The position numbers were made by a program, and so were the translations under genes. This document shows, one piece after another, positions 38,549 to 49,260 of a DNA stretch of 50,049 bases. The notes under the pieces were generated by a model. It saw nothing but the letters and a program-made list of their open reading frames with translations. It was not told where the DNA came from and did not search any database. The first letter of the stretch is position 1. Every line of letters starts with the position of its first letter. Origin of the DNA: Candidatus Yanofskybacteria bacterium RIFCSPLOWO2_02_FULL_41_13 (GTDB taxonomy: Bacteria > Patescibacteriota > Minisyncoccia > 2-02-FULL-40-12 > GWA2-44-9); contig MGKQ01000020.1 of NCBI GenBank assembly GCA_001795735.1, positions 1 through 50,049 of the forward strand. The letters are read 5' to 3'.

Positions 38549-39187
38549 ATGAAGCAAGAAAATAAAAATCTATGCACGCTTTATCTTGTTCGGCACGGAG
38601 AAACTGAATGGAATAAAAGCGGTATTGTAATGGGGCAATCCGACTCTCCACTTACCGAAGCTGGGCTGGAGCAAGCCAAAACAACAGCCCAAGAATTAAA
38701 AGATATTCATTTTGATGCTATTTTTTCTTCTGACCTACACAGAGCCCAAAGAACAGCAGAAATTATTAAACTTGAAAGGCGGTTGGCAATCCAGACATCA
38801 AAGGCATTAAGGGAGAGAACTTATGGAAGCTGGGAAGGCAAAATTGGTGAAGATTACAGAAAGAACTTCCAGCATCTTTTTGACAAGGTGAAACAACTAT
38901 CAGAGAAGGAGGCAAAAAGTTTTAAGTTTGCCGACGACATTGAAAGCGACGAAGAAGTCATTGGCAGGTTTATTACGCAATTAAGAGAAATGGCCATTGC
39001 TTATCCGAGTAAAACAGTCCTCGTTATTACACACGGAGGTTGTATAAGGACATTCTTAATGCACACTGGCTATGTAAAATGGGGCGAACTACCAGTTGGC
39101 TCATTCTCAAATGCTGGCTATGCCAAAATCCAATCTGATGGGGTTGATTTCTTTATCCAAGAGGTTAAGGGTATTAAAAAACAATGA
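38549..39187 (+). CDS. Histidine phosphatase (phosphoglycerate mutase family)
   Basis: LVRHGETEWN, SSDLHRA, ITHGG. Confidence 0.93.
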   Translation: MKQENKNLCTLYLVRHGETEWNKSGIVMGQSDSPLTEAGLEQAKTTAQELKDIHFDAIFSSDLHRAQRTAEIIKLERRLAIQTSKALRERTYGSWEGKIGEDYRKNFQHLFDKVKQLSEKEAKSFKFADDIESDEEVIGRFITQLREMAIAYPSKTVLVITHGGCIRTFLMHTGYVKWGELPVGSFSNAGYAKIQSDGVDFFIQEVKGIKKQ

Positions 39188-39774
39188 AAACTATCTTTGT
39201 TGGAGTTGTTGGCCCATCGGGCTCTGGCAAGACAACTCTTTGCAAAAAACTTAAGTTATCTAACAAAAACCACGAGCACATAAGGTTAGATAACTATTTC
39301 AAGCATCCTCGGAATTTTCCGTTAAAATATGGTTTCCGAAATTGGGAAAAACCATCTAACCTTAAATTTGATGTTTTATTGAAGCATTTGAAAGCATTAC
39401 AAAATGGCAAAGAAGTTCATACAAAGTCATTTCCCAAGAAGGCGGGAGCTAGGCCAGAGCTTATAACATTAAAACCTAAGCCCGTTATTCTTATTGAGGG
39501 CTTTATGCTTTTCAAGGACAAGAGAGTGAGGGATATGCTCAATATTAAGATTTATCTGGAAATTCATCCCGAACTAATGCTTAAACGCCGAGCTATTAGA
39601 TTTGGAAAAGCACATATAACAGATTACGATACCAAAGTAGCTATTCCAGAATTTATTAAACACGGCACAGCTCAAAAAAAGTATGCTGATTATATCGTTG
39701 ATGCCACAAGGCCACAGACACAAGTAATTAAAGAGGTTCAAAAAATAGTCAATCAAAACCTTACCAACTCCTAA
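39184..39774 (+). CDS. Uridine kinase-like P-loop kinase
   Basis: GPSGSGKTT, LDNYF, ILIEG. Confidence 0.82.
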   Translation: MKTIFVGVVGPSGSGKTTLCKKLKLSNKNHEHIRLDNYFKHPRNFPLKYGFRNWEKPSNLKFDVLLKHLKALQNGKEVHTKSFPKKAGARPELITLKPKPVILIEGFMLFKDKRVRDMLNIKIYLEIHPELMLKRRAIRFGKAHITDYDTKVAIPEFIKHGTAQKKYADYIVDATRPQTQVIKEVQKIVNQNLTNS

Positions 39775-39915
39775 CAAAAGCGAATGGCGATGGGCCAGTT
39801 ATGGCCTGTAAAGCAGTTCTGACTTGTCCCAATGCTCGGAGCAAGACACGACATAAAAACCAAAGTTCATAATTCCATTTTTGATTGAGCAACTCAAGGA
39901 GTATAATTTGGGTAT

Positions 39916-41430
39916 ATGAAAAAGTGTTGGCCGCTATTTCTCGTGTCTTTATTGTTAATCTTGCCCGAATTTTCTAATGCAGTTCTAACCCCTAAAAATG
40001 AGTTAAAAGAAGGCGACCTTATAAGCGTCTCCGACTACGGCGATCCCGACATTTTTATAATTAACAGCTTCGGTTACAAACGGCTATTTTTAAATCCGGT
40101 AATTTTTAATTTTTACGGACATCTGGGCGGATTCCAAAGAGTGAAAAAAGTCACACTCCAAACTCGTGATTCCTATGTTACCAGCGGTTTATTCAGAAAT
40201 TGCGAAGTGGATGACCCAAAAGTTTACGGGGTAGAAACGACCAAAGAAGATGAAGGCAATCTCCATTGGGTGAATACCTCTGGCGATCAAGCCGTGAAAG
40301 ATGACCCCAACTTCTTTAAGAAGGTGTTCTGCATAAATAATCGTGAATTCAGCTGGTATCCCAAAAGCAGTGATTATGGTTCGGTCAAACAAATTCCGGT
40401 TTATGCGAGGACAGAAACATCAACACCGATGAAAAAAGCCGAATTGTGTCCGGATAACATATGGGATGTGGCGGAGCAGAAAGATCCGGGCTTATGTCCG
40501 GAGGACAACCCAGCGAATAATCCGAATTCGGTAGTCGAAAAATCCTCCTTGACGTCCATGCCGCTTGCTTCGCCGATTTCATCTCCTTCTTTATCGCCGT
40601 TGCCATCGTCCTCTCCACAAACACCCATTATTTCGATTACCTGGACCAAAGATGCGGGAACCAGAGTTTCCGGGGGGCAAGTTCCGTATGTTCACAAACT
40701 CAAGGATGGAAGATCTCGCATGTACTACTGCGGATTGAGGGGTAGTATGGAATCGGCTATTTCGTCAGACGGCCTTAATTTCCAGGCGGAGTCAGGCGTA
40801 CGACTGGCGCCGATATATGGCGGTTATGAAACTATAATTTGCGATCCAACGGTTGTAGAACTATCCGACGGCCGTTTCCGCCTTTATTATAAAGGCGCGA
40901 ACGTGGGCGGAGTGCCGGCAATACACAAAATATTTTCTGCAATTTCACCTGATGGATTGAATTTTGAACGTGAAAGACTGGTCATTGATTCAGAAAAAAC
41001 CGACGATCAAGGATGGGCAAGCGTGCCCGAAGCGATCAAGTTATCAGATGGACGCGTCCGCCTTTACTATGTATCAAGAGCTTGCGGCCGCGGTTGTATA
41101 GTTTCTGCCATCTCAAGCGACGGATTAAACTTCACAAAAGAAGAAACAAAAATCTACGACTATGTTGACCCGTCAATGACGCAACTTACAGACGGCAGAT
41201 TTTTTCTTATTACAGCGAATTTTACTCAACAGGGCGGAACCGAACTCTACAGCTTTATTTCGAGCGACGGCATTCATTTTGACAATGCGAATCCGCAATC
41301 AGTGATCGTTGAATCAGTTGCGGATCCCGCAATTGTCAGAGTGGACGATAAAACTTTCCGAGTTTATTACTGGAAGATACCAGACAACTTGCCGACCATA
41401 TACAGTATTACCGGAATACTTGATCAATGA
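39916..41430 (+). CDS. Secreted protein: shared N-terminal domain + glycoside-hydrolase-like beta-propeller
   Basis: Signal peptide; DP...DGRxRLYY and SxDGLNF repeats. Confidence 0.78.
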   Translation: MKKCWPLFLVSLLLILPEFSNAVLTPKNELKEGDLISVSDYGDPDIFIINSFGYKRLFLNPVIFNFYGHLGGFQRVKKVTLQTRDSYVTSGLFRNCEVDDPKVYGVETTKEDEGNLHWVNTSGDQAVKDDPNFFKKVFCINNREFSWYPKSSDYGSVKQIPVYARTETSTPMKKAELCPDNIWDVAEQKDPGLCPEDNPANNPNSVVEKSSLTSMPLASPISSPSLSPLPSSSPQTPIISITWTKDAGTRVSGGQVPYVHKLKDGRSRMYYCGLRGSMESAISSDGLNFQAESGVRLAPIYGGYETIICDPTVVELSDGRFRLYYKGANVGGVPAIHKIFSAISPDGLNFERERLVIDSEKTDDQGWASVPEAIKLSDGRVRLYYVSRACGRGCIVSAISSDGLNFTKEETKIYDYVDPSMTQLTDGRFFLITANFTQQGGTELYSFISSDGIHFDNANPQSVIVESVADPAIVRVDDKTFRVYYWKIPDNLPTIYSITGILDQ

Positions 41431-41543
41431 TCTGGTTTATGTCGGTTTAACTCGTGATAACTCCAAAGGCGGGCAGGCAGTTCGGAGTAAAACATAAGCA
41501 TGATATGATTTGCGAAAAGTGTTTTAATTGATATACTAAAACT

Positions 41544-41744
41544 ATGCAAAAAATAGCTACAAAAGTATTTGTCTGGGCATCCATCGCTTTCGCCATCATT
41601 GGGATGCTGATGGTCTTAACGACCTCTCCCACGAGCAATGGTCCGAACGTTATTTTGTTAAAACTTCTGTTCACGACCGTTATCGTTATTTTGACCTCAT
41701 TCGCCTTGAGCATCGCCAGTAAGTATCTAAACGGCAAATCTTAG
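41544..41744 (+). CDS. Small two-TM membrane protein
   Basis: 66 aa with two hydrophobic helices. Confidence 0.7.
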   Translation: MQKIATKVFVWASIAFAIIGMLMVLTTSPTSNGPNVILLKLLFTTVIVILTSFALSIASKYLNGKS

Positions 41745-41853
41745 TTCTAGCTGCAGCTAAATAGGACAGAAAAAACCGGAGTTCATAACCCCGGTTTTTA
41801 ATTGATGAAGATGGGTGGTATAATTAGCTTATTAATTAACCTTAATTAAAACT

Positions 41854-43845
41854 ATGAAAAAAATCCTCTTTTTTGCAGTTATTGCCTTGGCAATGGGGTC
41901 GTTCTTTGTTTTTAATACAAATCAAGTTGGTGCTGTAAAGCCCACTGACTATGGCCTCAAAGAGGGCGACCTTATCAGCGCCATCTTCTCTGACGACCCG
42001 GATGTGTATATCATCAACGAGCAGGGCTACAAACGCCTCTTCCTAAATCCGGAAATATTCAAGTTCTACAGCCATCTCGGCGGTTTTGCCAATATTAAAT
42101 TAGTCACTCCCGAAATCAGGGATTCATTTCCTACCTCCGGTTTTTTCAGGAACTGTGAGGATAACGATCAGAAGGTATATGGGACAAGCGTGGAAGGCGA
42201 AGACACGGGCCGACTTCACTGGATAAATAAGTCGGGAGACCAGGCGGTTCAGGAAGATCCAGACTTTTTCAAAAAGGTATTCTGTATTAACAGGAAAGAA
42301 TTCAATTGGTATCCGAGGGGAACCGAATTCAAGGCATTAAAAGAAGTGCCCCGGTATAACCGTAGCGTAGAGGCTGAAAATCCCGTTATTTGTCATCGTC
42401 CACCCGATAGCCCAGAGAATATTCAGACGATAAGAGTTGCGCCCGAATCATTAGATACACATTTCCAGCACGGAGATACCAAGGGAGCTTGTTTAATATC
42501 TTCTGAACAGCAATCATTTCCTGTTGACGTGAAAATTAATGGTTCAGACACCCCGTCGGGCGTTCCATATGATTCGGTATTTACCGTATCTTGGACTTCA
42601 AACGGCGCGGTAAGTTGTAGAGATTTCGGTCAATTTATTCCGACAGTTGACGGAGGAACATGGGCTAAGTTCATAAATCTGCCGACATCAGGAACTAAAT
42701 CTCTTTACGCTCGCGCCAGTGAGGGATATCTGGCAACATTAGATATTCAAGTCCAATGTTCTAACGCAGCCGGCCAAACTTCAGATGATGTAATCCACCT
42801 TGCTGTCCAACCTTCCACAACTTCTATCCCAAACATTCCTGCTTTACCTATGCCAGTTCCGACGACGCCATCCGTTGCCCCGGTTCCTATTTCTATCGGT
42901 TCTCCGAATGGCGGCGAAGTTTACCAAAAAGGCACTACCCAGCTTATCAAGTGGAATTCAAGCAATATTTCGAAAATATATATTAAATTGAGAAAAGGGA
43001 ATGATACATATCCCGGACCAGAAGGCATGATTACGGATATCATACCTAATGTGGGCGGGTATTATAAATGGTGGATTCCGACAACATTGCCGGACGGAAA
43101 CGACTATGCTGTCCGAATAATTGATGGGAATTACACTGGTGGATTTGATGACAGTGACAAACAATTTAGTATTGTTTCGTCAGCAACCCAAACCCCGGTT
43201 CCAAGCGTATTTCCGACTCCAATTGTTTCCACTACCCCAATGCCCACGGTCTCACCGTTGCCTGGTACTACCTCTACCACCCCATCTATCACCGTCCTTT
43301 CGCCGAATGGAGGGGAAATATGGCAGGCCGGGTACTATTATGAGGTAAAATGGACAAACACTACCGGCAAGAGCGTGAATCTTGAATTGGTAAAAGGAAA
43401 CAATGCTGTCGCAGGCTGGAGTTCCATTGATTTCACGGTTTCTACATATATCATTGGGCTCCCTCTGCCCCTAGAAGCCGGCTCTGACTATAGAATTAGG
43501 ATTACTACCGTTGACACAGGGAATGTTGATTACAGCGATGCCCCATTCAGTATTGCTTCGGGAACAACTCAGACCCCAGATTTAACACCCAAACTGGCTC
43601 CAACGACTCAATCCAATTTCTTTCGTAACTTGACCCTGGGTTCAACCGGTGACGATGTCAAACAGCTTCAGGCCCTTTTAGTAAGTGAGGTTGGTTATTC
43701 AGCCAATTTAATTACGGGCTATTTCGGACGCATTACCCGCGATGCCGTAGCGAAGTTTCAGGAGAAATATGGCATAAAGCCGACATACGGCTACTTTGGC
43801 GAAATAACTCGTAAAACTTTAGGTGCACTGATATCCGGTCGGTAA
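41854..43845 (+). CDS. Secreted surface protein with two SPNGGE Ig-like domains and a C-terminal peptidoglycan-binding domain
   Basis: Signal peptide; SPNGGE twice; LTLGSTGDDVKQLQ...GYFGRITRDAVAKFQ. Confidence 0.85.
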   Translation: MKKILFFAVIALAMGSFFVFNTNQVGAVKPTDYGLKEGDLISAIFSDDPDVYIINEQGYKRLFLNPEIFKFYSHLGGFANIKLVTPEIRDSFPTSGFFRNCEDNDQKVYGTSVEGEDTGRLHWINKSGDQAVQEDPDFFKKVFCINRKEFNWYPRGTEFKALKEVPRYNRSVEAENPVICHRPPDSPENIQTIRVAPESLDTHFQHGDTKGACLISSEQQSFPVDVKINGSDTPSGVPYDSVFTVSWTSNGAVSCRDFGQFIPTVDGGTWAKFINLPTSGTKSLYARASEGYLATLDIQVQCSNAAGQTSDDVIHLAVQPSTTSIPNIPALPMPVPTTPSVAPVPISIGSPNGGEVYQKGTTQLIKWNSSNISKIYIKLRKGNDTYPGPEGMITDIIPNVGGYYKWWIPTTLPDGNDYAVRIIDGNYTGGFDDSDKQFSIVSSATQTPVPSVFPTPIVSTTPMPTVSPLPGTTSTTPSITVLSPNGGEIWQAGYYYEVKWTNTTGKSVNLELVKGNNAVAGWSSIDFTVSTYIIGLPLPLEAGSDYRIRITTVDTGNVDYSDAPFSIASGTTQTPDLTPKLAPTTQSNFFRNLTLGSTGDDVKQLQALLVSEVGYSANLITGYFGRITRDAVAKFQEKYGIKPTYGYFGEITRKTLGALISGR

Positions 43846-44017
43846 AATATAGAATACTGAGTACTTCCCTGAATTTAACTTAAACTTCAACGACCCGCTG
43901 TTTAAAGTGGGTTTTGATTTTTGTGTAAACTCATCTCAATAATCTAAAACCCAAAAAACCGAAGTTCATAACTTCGGTTTTTTGATTAGGATAATAGGGT
44001 GGTATAATTAGAATATT

Positions 44018-45589
44018 ATGTTTAATTGGATATCAAAAATTATATTAAGTATTGCGGTAACATTAGGAATTTCATCTCCGGCCGTTTCACCGGCTCCGAC
44101 GCCGAATACAGTACCAATTTCTAGCATAGTAGTGCCAACATCTACTCCGCCCCCAACCCCGATTATTATCACCAATACATCTGTTGTTACGATATGTCAC
44201 CATCCATCTGAGAAAAATTCAAAACCCCAAACTATAACTATCAACGCGTCGGCCATGAATGTTCATCTTACCCATGGTGATACTGTCGGATCTTGTCCCG
44301 GCGCACCTCTTGCGCCGGACAACTTCAAGGCGGTTGCCGTCAAAAATCAGGTCAATTTAAGCTGGGAGGATAATTCTGACAATGAATCCAAATTAAAAAT
44401 ATCAAGACGTCTGATGGGTGGTGCCTGGGTATTAATTAAGACTACGGCCACGAACACAACCTCCTATACGGATAGCGGATTAACCAACGGGGTTTATGAA
44501 TATGACGTAATGGCTTGTAATTCTTCAGGTTGCTCCGCTTATTCAGATGTTGCTACCATAACGATAAGCGATCAGGCCGTTTCATCTGGCCGACTGGTCT
44601 CGTCTCCCGTTCCTACGCCCAGAATCACGATTATCCCAACTCCAAGACCTACGGCCGCTCCATCAGCTACGCCAAATATTTCTGCTTCTCCGAGACCCGT
44701 ACAGTCAACACCTCTACCTTGGCCACAGGTTAACGCAGTTGATTTGTCGGCAAAATGTGGCGGAAGTTTTACGGAACTTTTTCCGCCATCTTCTTCGCAG
44801 GGAGAATTTAAATACTATTTTCAGAGGAAGGAGGATCCTTATCTTGAGCTCCAAATCTATGTGACTGTTCTCGATTTACGTCCTGGCATGCGAAAATTTG
44901 ATTGGCAGACAGCCTCATTCCAATTCTCTTCCGAAACAAAGCGCGAACCGCCGTATGTTATTACTGCTCAAAACTTTGCCGGTGACCAGTCTGCACTTAT
45001 TCCGGATGCCGGAGTAGGAGCGAAGGCGGTGGCGCGAAAGGGCGATTATTTTGTGAAGATTGAAGAAATGCAACGCGCGTGTCAGGCGCCGGGCTGTACG
45101 GTATTACCGACTTGTGCGAGCGGATTTCCGAATCTTGCCCAAACAATTGTTACTCGGATTTCGGGTGGTACGGTGACTATGCCAACAACAACGCCGACTC
45201 CAACTCCAGCACTAACACCATTCCCGTCCCCGTCTTCCGTTACATCTTCTCCCTCGTCATTTACGCCCAATGATTTAGGGGGAGTATGGGAATTAGTATT
45301 TCCTACTGGGCCGGGGCGAGAAGCAATTATGTTTCATGGAGATAAAATATGTCTGGATGTAGGAATCGTGGCTTATTCAGAGTATGTAACAAGTCCTTGT
45401 TATCCGTCTTGGGCCTCTTATGTTTTATCGGATAACACCCTGAAGTTTGTTTGGAATGGCAGCTCTCTAGAGTGGAAAATAACCAAAAATACTGCCGGTA
45501 ATTTAGAGATTACTGGATCTGGCAAAGTTGGTGGATATAATACTACCTATAAAAAAATTACTATTGCCCCAAATCTTTATGGATTATAG
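44018..45589 (+). CDS. Secreted Pro/Thr-rich protein with a fibronectin type III domain
   Basis: APDNF...LSWEDNSDNE...YTDSGL...YEYDVMACN. Confidence 0.8.
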   Translation: MFNWISKIILSIAVTLGISSPAVSPAPTPNTVPISSIVVPTSTPPPTPIIITNTSVVTICHHPSEKNSKPQTITINASAMNVHLTHGDTVGSCPGAPLAPDNFKAVAVKNQVNLSWEDNSDNESKLKISRRLMGGAWVLIKTTATNTTSYTDSGLTNGVYEYDVMACNSSGCSAYSDVATITISDQAVSSGRLVSSPVPTPRITIIPTPRPTAAPSATPNISASPRPVQSTPLPWPQVNAVDLSAKCGGSFTELFPPSSSQGEFKYYFQRKEDPYLELQIYVTVLDLRPGMRKFDWQTASFQFSSETKREPPYVITAQNFAGDQSALIPDAGVGAKAVARKGDYFVKIEEMQRACQAPGCTVLPTCASGFPNLAQTIVTRISGGTVTMPTTTPTPTPALTPFPSPSSVTSSPSSFTPNDLGGVWELVFPTGPGREAIMFHGDKICLDVGIVAYSEYVTSPCYPSWASYVLSDNTLKFVWNGSSLEWKITKNTAGNLEITGSGKVGGYNTTYKKITIAPNLYGL

Positions 45590-45855
45590 TTGATAACTTG
45601 CTCAGCTATTTGTGACATAGTTAAAATATAAAAAATTAATATAAAAATTATGATAAACAAAATTAAGGCGAATGGGCATATTAGCCTGTACCCCATTCTT
45701 TGTAAACTCTGTCTACGGTCTAACGGATAATTTCTTTGACCCGGGAACGTACTCCTGCCTACTGTGCGGAACCACGACCTTAATGTCCCATGTCTGGGAC
45801 AAGAAAAGGTGTCAGGTACCGTTTTTAGGACCGGTTTCTTGATATTAATTACACC

Positions 45856-47238
45856 ATGGGTTACACTAAGATTATGAGTAGATTTAACCCAAAAGAACTT
45901 AAATCTTTTATGGATTTACCAGACGAAGAAAAGCTCAACTTCCAAGAGCTTGGAGATGGTGGTTTTGTTAGAAAAGAAGTAGAGAAAAATCCAGAGGTTG
46001 CTCACCGAATGGGTATCGTAGAAGATCAAATAATAAATACCCTTAAACACGAGTTGGAAGTGGGCGGTTTATCTCAACAGGAGGCCCTAACGAGATATAA
46101 CGAGGCAGGCGAGAAATATGATTACAAGAACCAAAAATTATATGGTGATATACTACGAAAATTCTCTGATGTTGAATTCTTGTCGTCTGGTAAAGACTAT
46201 GATGAGGCCACAAAACAGGCATTTAAGAAACGCTGGGATTCTTTAGGGTATTCCGATAAAACCCAGTCGTCATTTCTCGAGGGTATTGACAAAAAGGATC
46301 TAGAGGTCGTCTCCAGATTGTTGCTGGACAAAAGATTTTCAAGAAAAGGAGACTTAGCCAAGTTACTAGAAGACGAGTCATCTATCAAAACTATATTCAA
46401 CTACGTTAAAGATAAAGATATTAACGTTGTTGCTTTGCTGATAGAAAAGTCTAGAGATAAAGATTTTAAAATCAGGGCTTTAAGGGAAATTTCTGAGATA
46501 GTAAACTCCCTGGTTTCTACAGAGAAAAGAGACGCCGAATATCACCTCAACTCAATCCAGGCCAGTTTAGCAGAGTATCTTATCTTGTCTGGTAATCATA
46601 CAGACTTTTTTAATCTAGTCGAAGACGGGTTAATAAAAGCCGAATCAGCCAATAGTTTTCTGCACAAAATCGACTCCGATCATGTGTTGTATCAATTAGT
46701 TACCAGAACTTCAAACCCCCGTACAGTAATAAGAATTTTTAAGTTTATGGCAGATCCGGTTATATTTGCAAGGATTATAGAAACACAGGGGTTAGAGTTT
46801 AAAAACCTAAATGAGGGGCAAAGATCTAACGTCCTTAAAATGGCTGAAAAATATCTCAACGCATTAAACTCTGAGCCTCAGATTTTCGAGGCAGATAGGC
46901 TTAAAGACCAAAATAAATTTGTAATAGGAGTAACTACGGATAATGAAGGTAAATATTATATCTCATGGAGCAATACTGGCTCCCATGGCTATCATAAGGA
47001 CATTTTTCAATCTCTGCAGAGGGAGTTTAGAATAAATATTCAAGATGATTTTAGAAGTGGCGGATATATACAGTTAGGTCAAGAAGATGGAGGGGCCATG
47101 GCTATCTTTGATAGTAGTAGTGGAGATTTTGGTAACTATAGCCATAAGGTTCTTGAACGATTTAAGCCAAAACTACGAGAAGCTCTAAGAAATAGTCTAG
47201 GCAAAGAGGTTGAAGTAAAAATAGATATTTCTAGATAA
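45856..47238 (+). CDS. Hypothetical protein
   Basis: 460-aa ORF; no family recognised; start may be 45874. Confidence 0.75.
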   Translation: MGYTKIMSRFNPKELKSFMDLPDEEKLNFQELGDGGFVRKEVEKNPEVAHRMGIVEDQIINTLKHELEVGGLSQQEALTRYNEAGEKYDYKNQKLYGDILRKFSDVEFLSSGKDYDEATKQAFKKRWDSLGYSDKTQSSFLEGIDKKDLEVVSRLLLDKRFSRKGDLAKLLEDESSIKTIFNYVKDKDINVVALLIEKSRDKDFKIRALREISEIVNSLVSTEKRDAEYHLNSIQASLAEYLILSGNHTDFFNLVEDGLIKAESANSFLHKIDSDHVLYQLVTRTSNPRTVIRIFKFMADPVIFARIIETQGLEFKNLNEGQRSNVLKMAEKYLNALNSEPQIFEADRLKDQNKFVIGVTTDNEGKYYISWSNTGSHGYHKDIFQSLQREFRINIQDDFRSGGYIQLGQEDGGAMAIFDSSSGDFGNYSHKVLERFKPKLREALRNSLGKEVEVKIDISR

Positions 47239-47432
47239 ACATCAGGTTTTCCGATGTTTTAATTTTACCTAATTTTAGGTTCTCCTTCGACTCTTCCTAT
47301 ATACTCAGGACAAGTAACATCTGCCTGCACCATGCCTGTGCATGCAGGAGGCAGGTCTCGGGTAAAGCGGAGTCTACACCAAAAAAACCGCTTAGTTTGC
47401 TGTGCAGAGACCCGTTTTGGTATAATAAAAAA

Positions 47433-47567
47433 ATGGGCAAAATAAAAGTAGCTGTATTAGTAGTAATTGGTGGCATTTTATTATTTGTTATTGGCAGGAT
47501 CTTTGCAACGGGCTACTTTCTAGCAATTGTTGATGGGAAACTTGACGACTCCTATAAACTGTGCTAA
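47433..47567 (+). CDS. Putative 44-aa membrane peptide (not in ORF track)
   Basis: MGKIKVAVLVVIGGILLFVIGRIF...; TGGTATAAT promoter-like element just upstream. Confidence 0.4.
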   Translation: MGKIKVAVLVVIGGILLFVIGRIFATGYFLAIVDGKLDDSYKLC

Positions 47568-47609
47568 TATAGAGCACAGTTTTTAGTTACTTGGAAAGAG
47601 GAAAAAGAT

Positions 47610-47747
47610 ATGGCAACTGCAGAAGAGAAAGTAGCTGAAATCGAAAAGAGACAGAGAGAGCTTATTAAAGAAGCTGAGCAGGCCGAAAGAGACAATGATT
47701 ATTTCTCTGCCTGGTTATGTCGAATTGCGGTGCATAATAAAAAGTAG
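47610..47747 (+). CDS. Putative 45-aa helical protein (not in ORF track)
   Basis: AGAGG RBS; MATAEEKVAEIEKRQRELIKEAEQAE... Confidence 0.5.
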   Translation: MATAEEKVAEIEKRQRELIKEAEQAERDNDYFSAWLCRIAVHNKK

Positions 47748-47800
47748 GGAGAAAAATAACCGCTTATAGCGGTTATTTTAATACTTTAGGAGAGAATGAT

Positions 47801-48022
47801 TTATCTACTAGATTTATCGCCTTTGTATTCTATGATGTCTCCAGGCTGACATTCTAATGCTTTGCAGATCGCTTCCAGAGTTGAGAATCGGATAGCTTTT
47901 GCTTTTCCATTTTTCAATATGGAAATATTAGCCATCGTAATACCGACTTTTTCTGTAAGTTCAGTTACGCTCATTTTTCTCTTGGCTAGCATTACGTCAA
48001 TATTTATTACAATATTATTCAC
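47801..48022 (-). CDS. Cro/C1 HTH regulator (YozG-like)
   Basis: VGITMANISILKNGKAKAIRFSTLEAICKALECQPGD. Confidence 0.93.
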   Translation of the reverse strand: MNNIVINIDVMLAKRKMSVTELTEKVGITMANISILKNGKAKAIRFSTLEAICKALECQPGDIIEYKGDKSSR

Positions 48023-48024
48023 AA

Positions 48025-48504
48025 TTAAACTGTTAAGTCGTTTTCCGACTTTATATCTACGGCCCTTTGTAAAAGTTTTTCAAAAATAGCGGCCGCGGTG
48101 GCTATTACAATAGAAGTAATGGTCGTGAAAATACCCATGGCAATAAAGCCCGCTGGATCGTCATCTTTATTATGTTGTATCCTTATGTATACTACCGCTA
48201 TTACAATTAAGATGCTTAGTATGATTGCGCAATATTTAATGATGCTTAAAGTTTTCACAGAGCTTAACGAGAATACTTCATTTCGCCCAATATGTCCGAG
48301 TAATTTAAACGCCTGATACAATGCAACAAAAAATGGGATAGACGCTACGTACGCGAACAAAATAAACGGATCAGAGTAAATACTAAACAGATCTAAGTTT
48401 ATGGCTCTCCCTTCGGTCAAAGGAAACCGAATCATGCCCGCAAGCGCCCCAACTGCCATAAGGCAAAGTACTATCTTTAAGAATATTGTTGAACCTTTTT
48501 TCAT
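48025..48504 (-). CDS. DUF2975 membrane protein
   Basis: Four TM segments; C-terminal AVDIKSENDLTV; typical partner of the YozG-like HTH. Confidence 0.88.
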   Translation of the reverse strand: MKKGSTIFLKIVLCLMAVGALAGMIRFPLTEGRAINLDLFSIYSDPFILFAYVASIPFFVALYQAFKLLGHIGRNEVFSLSSVKTLSIIKYCAIILSILIVIAVVYIRIQHNKDDDPAGFIAMGIFTTITSIVIATAAAIFEKLLQRAVDIKSENDLTV

Positions 48505-48677
48505 GGGAAATTCTAGTTAATTATTCGTAGATACACGATATTCTATCATTTATCGTTTGTCAATATATAGCTATCGCTATATATATCCTCGCAAAAATCT
48601 TTGGAGTCGAGAAAAACAAGTTCTAACGTTGTCCAAGGAGTGCGGTAGCAAAGATAAACACCCCTTCGGGTGCTTTA

Positions 48678-49133
48678 CTACGGTTGATTAAAAAAATGGC
48701 TTAGAATTGTACGCCAAACTGGTTCCAATTCTAGGGTGTTAATTTCTTTGAGCGTGAACCAGCCAATACCTTTATGCTTTTCCGGTTCTTTCAATTCAAG
48801 GCGGTCATCTTTAGCCCGTAACATATAAACCCACCATTCATGTGAATTAAATCCTCTTTTGCAGGCATTGTCCATGTCGGCATGCAACACTAACTTATAG
48901 GAACTATTTAGCTCCACCCCGGTTTCTTCAAAGAGCTCTCTTCTAAGGGCACAGAGCGGATCCTCTCCTGATTCTAAGTGTCCAGCCGGACCAGCCCAGC
49001 CAAGTACACCTTTACGACGATCTAGTAAGAGGACTTCATGCTCTGGATTCATGACAATTAGTCCAACACTTTTACACTCTAATCTTCCTGAAGGACTTGA
49101 AATACTCACAGCCTTACTCACCCTGCACCTCAT
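48678..49133 (-). CDS. NUDIX hydrolase
   Basis: GHLESGEDPLCALRRELFEETG Nudix box. Confidence 0.92.
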   Translation of the reverse strand: MRCRVSKAVSISSPSGRLECKSVGLIVMNPEHEVLLLDRRKGVLGWAGPAGHLESGEDPLCALRRELFEETGVELNSSYKLVLHADMDNACKRGFNSHEWWVYMLRAKDDRLELKEPEKHKGIGWFTLKEINTLELEPVWRTILSHFFNQP

Positions 49134-49260
49134 TTTAGTCTGGTCGTGATCGGTAAAACGTTAGCACGGATGGTCCAAAAAGTAAACATCTTAATTGACA
49201 GGCTAAGCTATTCGTGTAAAAAGCTTTAGTATGCACGTTAAAAATGGGGGGGCTTAGGTT

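Noticed and set aside
39780-45805. Weak similarity between 39780-39846 and 45668-45803 (gcgaatgg...gcctgta; tgtccca...caaga) as island boundaries
   Set aside because: Short, gapped and differently spaced; could be chance
240-48316. Many 60-160 aa ORFs antisense to or nested within long genes
   Set aside because: They overlap well-supported CDSs and show no motifs; treated as shadow ORFs
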